A stretch of DNA of 64,000 nt from an uncultured Actinomycetota bacterium (GTDB lineage: Bacteria > Actinomycetota > Humimicrobiia > Humimicrobiales > Humimicrobiaceae), in assembly GCA_964616545.1 (NCBI GenBank), contig CAZTUA010000027.1, forward strand, positions 3,163 to 67,162, given 5' to 3'. This document shows, piece by piece, positions 63,898-64,000 of the stretch (within the stretch, counting starts at the first letter, position 1; every line of letters begins with the position of its first letter). The translations under genes were made by a program, and so were the position numbers. Under the pieces are notes generated by a model. The model was not told the DNA's origin. It saw only the letters and a program-made list of their open reading frames with translations, and made no database searches.

Positions 63898-64000
63898 TCA
63901 AATATCCACAAAAGCTATTTTATTTATTGGAATGGGAATCCCCAGCGCAACCCCGCCTTCAGTATAAAATATACCGGCTTTTTCATTATGGGCCCAGTAC
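63898..64000 (-). CDS. 3' end of the preceding gene, presumably the family-5 substrate-binding protein of this importer
   Basis: The open minus-strand frame ...YWAHNEKAGIFYTEGGVALGIPIPINKIAFVDI ends in a TGA one base before the permease ATG (TGATATG). Identity is inferred from position only. Confidence 0.4.
   Translation of the reverse strand, partial: YWAHNEKAGIFYTEGGVALGIPIPINKIAFVDI

Noticed and set aside
1-64000. A search for CRISPR arrays, tRNA/rRNA genes, transposases, integrases and prophage genes.
   Set aside because: The longest ORF-free gap is 535 nt and none contains regularly spaced direct repeats. I saw no tRNA T-arm or rRNA-like sequence in the spacers. No ORF has DDE, tyrosine or serine recombinase motifs.

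Overview
This is a 64-kb, gene-dense bacterial chromosome segment with about 60 credible CDS, most on the minus strand. It is AT-rich: hand-counted samples give about 37% G+C in typical genes, about 25% in spacers, and 48-58% in a few genes. Lifestyle markers point to an anaerobe: rnfCDGEAB plus apbE, a flavodiiron protein plus desulfoferrodoxin, and a radical-SAM activase. I saw no rRNA, tRNA, CRISPR array, transposase or integrase.

Modules from left to right:
1. Edge-truncated PD40/TolB-like lipoprotein and a RadC fragment.
2. LacI-headed CUT1 ABC operon carrying a carbon-nitrogen hydrolase, a GH13_18 sugar phosphorylase, a GH38 mannosidase and glycerate kinase. This is a candidate glycosyl-glycerate compatible-solute catabolic locus.
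3. GC-rich AAC(3) acetyltransferase gene, a degenerate orphan MalK-like ATPase, GH30, and PAS-GGDEF-HD-GYP.
4. Repair-rich block: PolX, pcm, DUF763 overlapping a second PolX, then Nth. It is followed by NikR plus a methyltransferase, and by an SbcD/Mre11-like phosphoesterase with a Rad50/YhaN-like ATPase that has a transmembrane hairpin.
5. rnf/apbE.
6. Envelope and glycan genes: a membrane-EEP fusion, GH130, two GT4 genes, and DUF4214-LCP.
7. dfx-fprA.
8. TetR-controlled SDR, small TM protein, and a tridomain adenylase-ACP-acyltransferase.
9. Nik/Opp-type ABC importer ending in a TrmO/TsaA-like domain protein.

Best candidates for undescribed biology:
- DUF763 translationally coupled to PolX and followed by Nth.
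- The split ElbD-like lipid module.
- The glycosyl-glycerate operon with its embedded amidase.
- The membrane-anchored Rad50-like pair.

All family calls come from motifs read by eye. No database search was possible.
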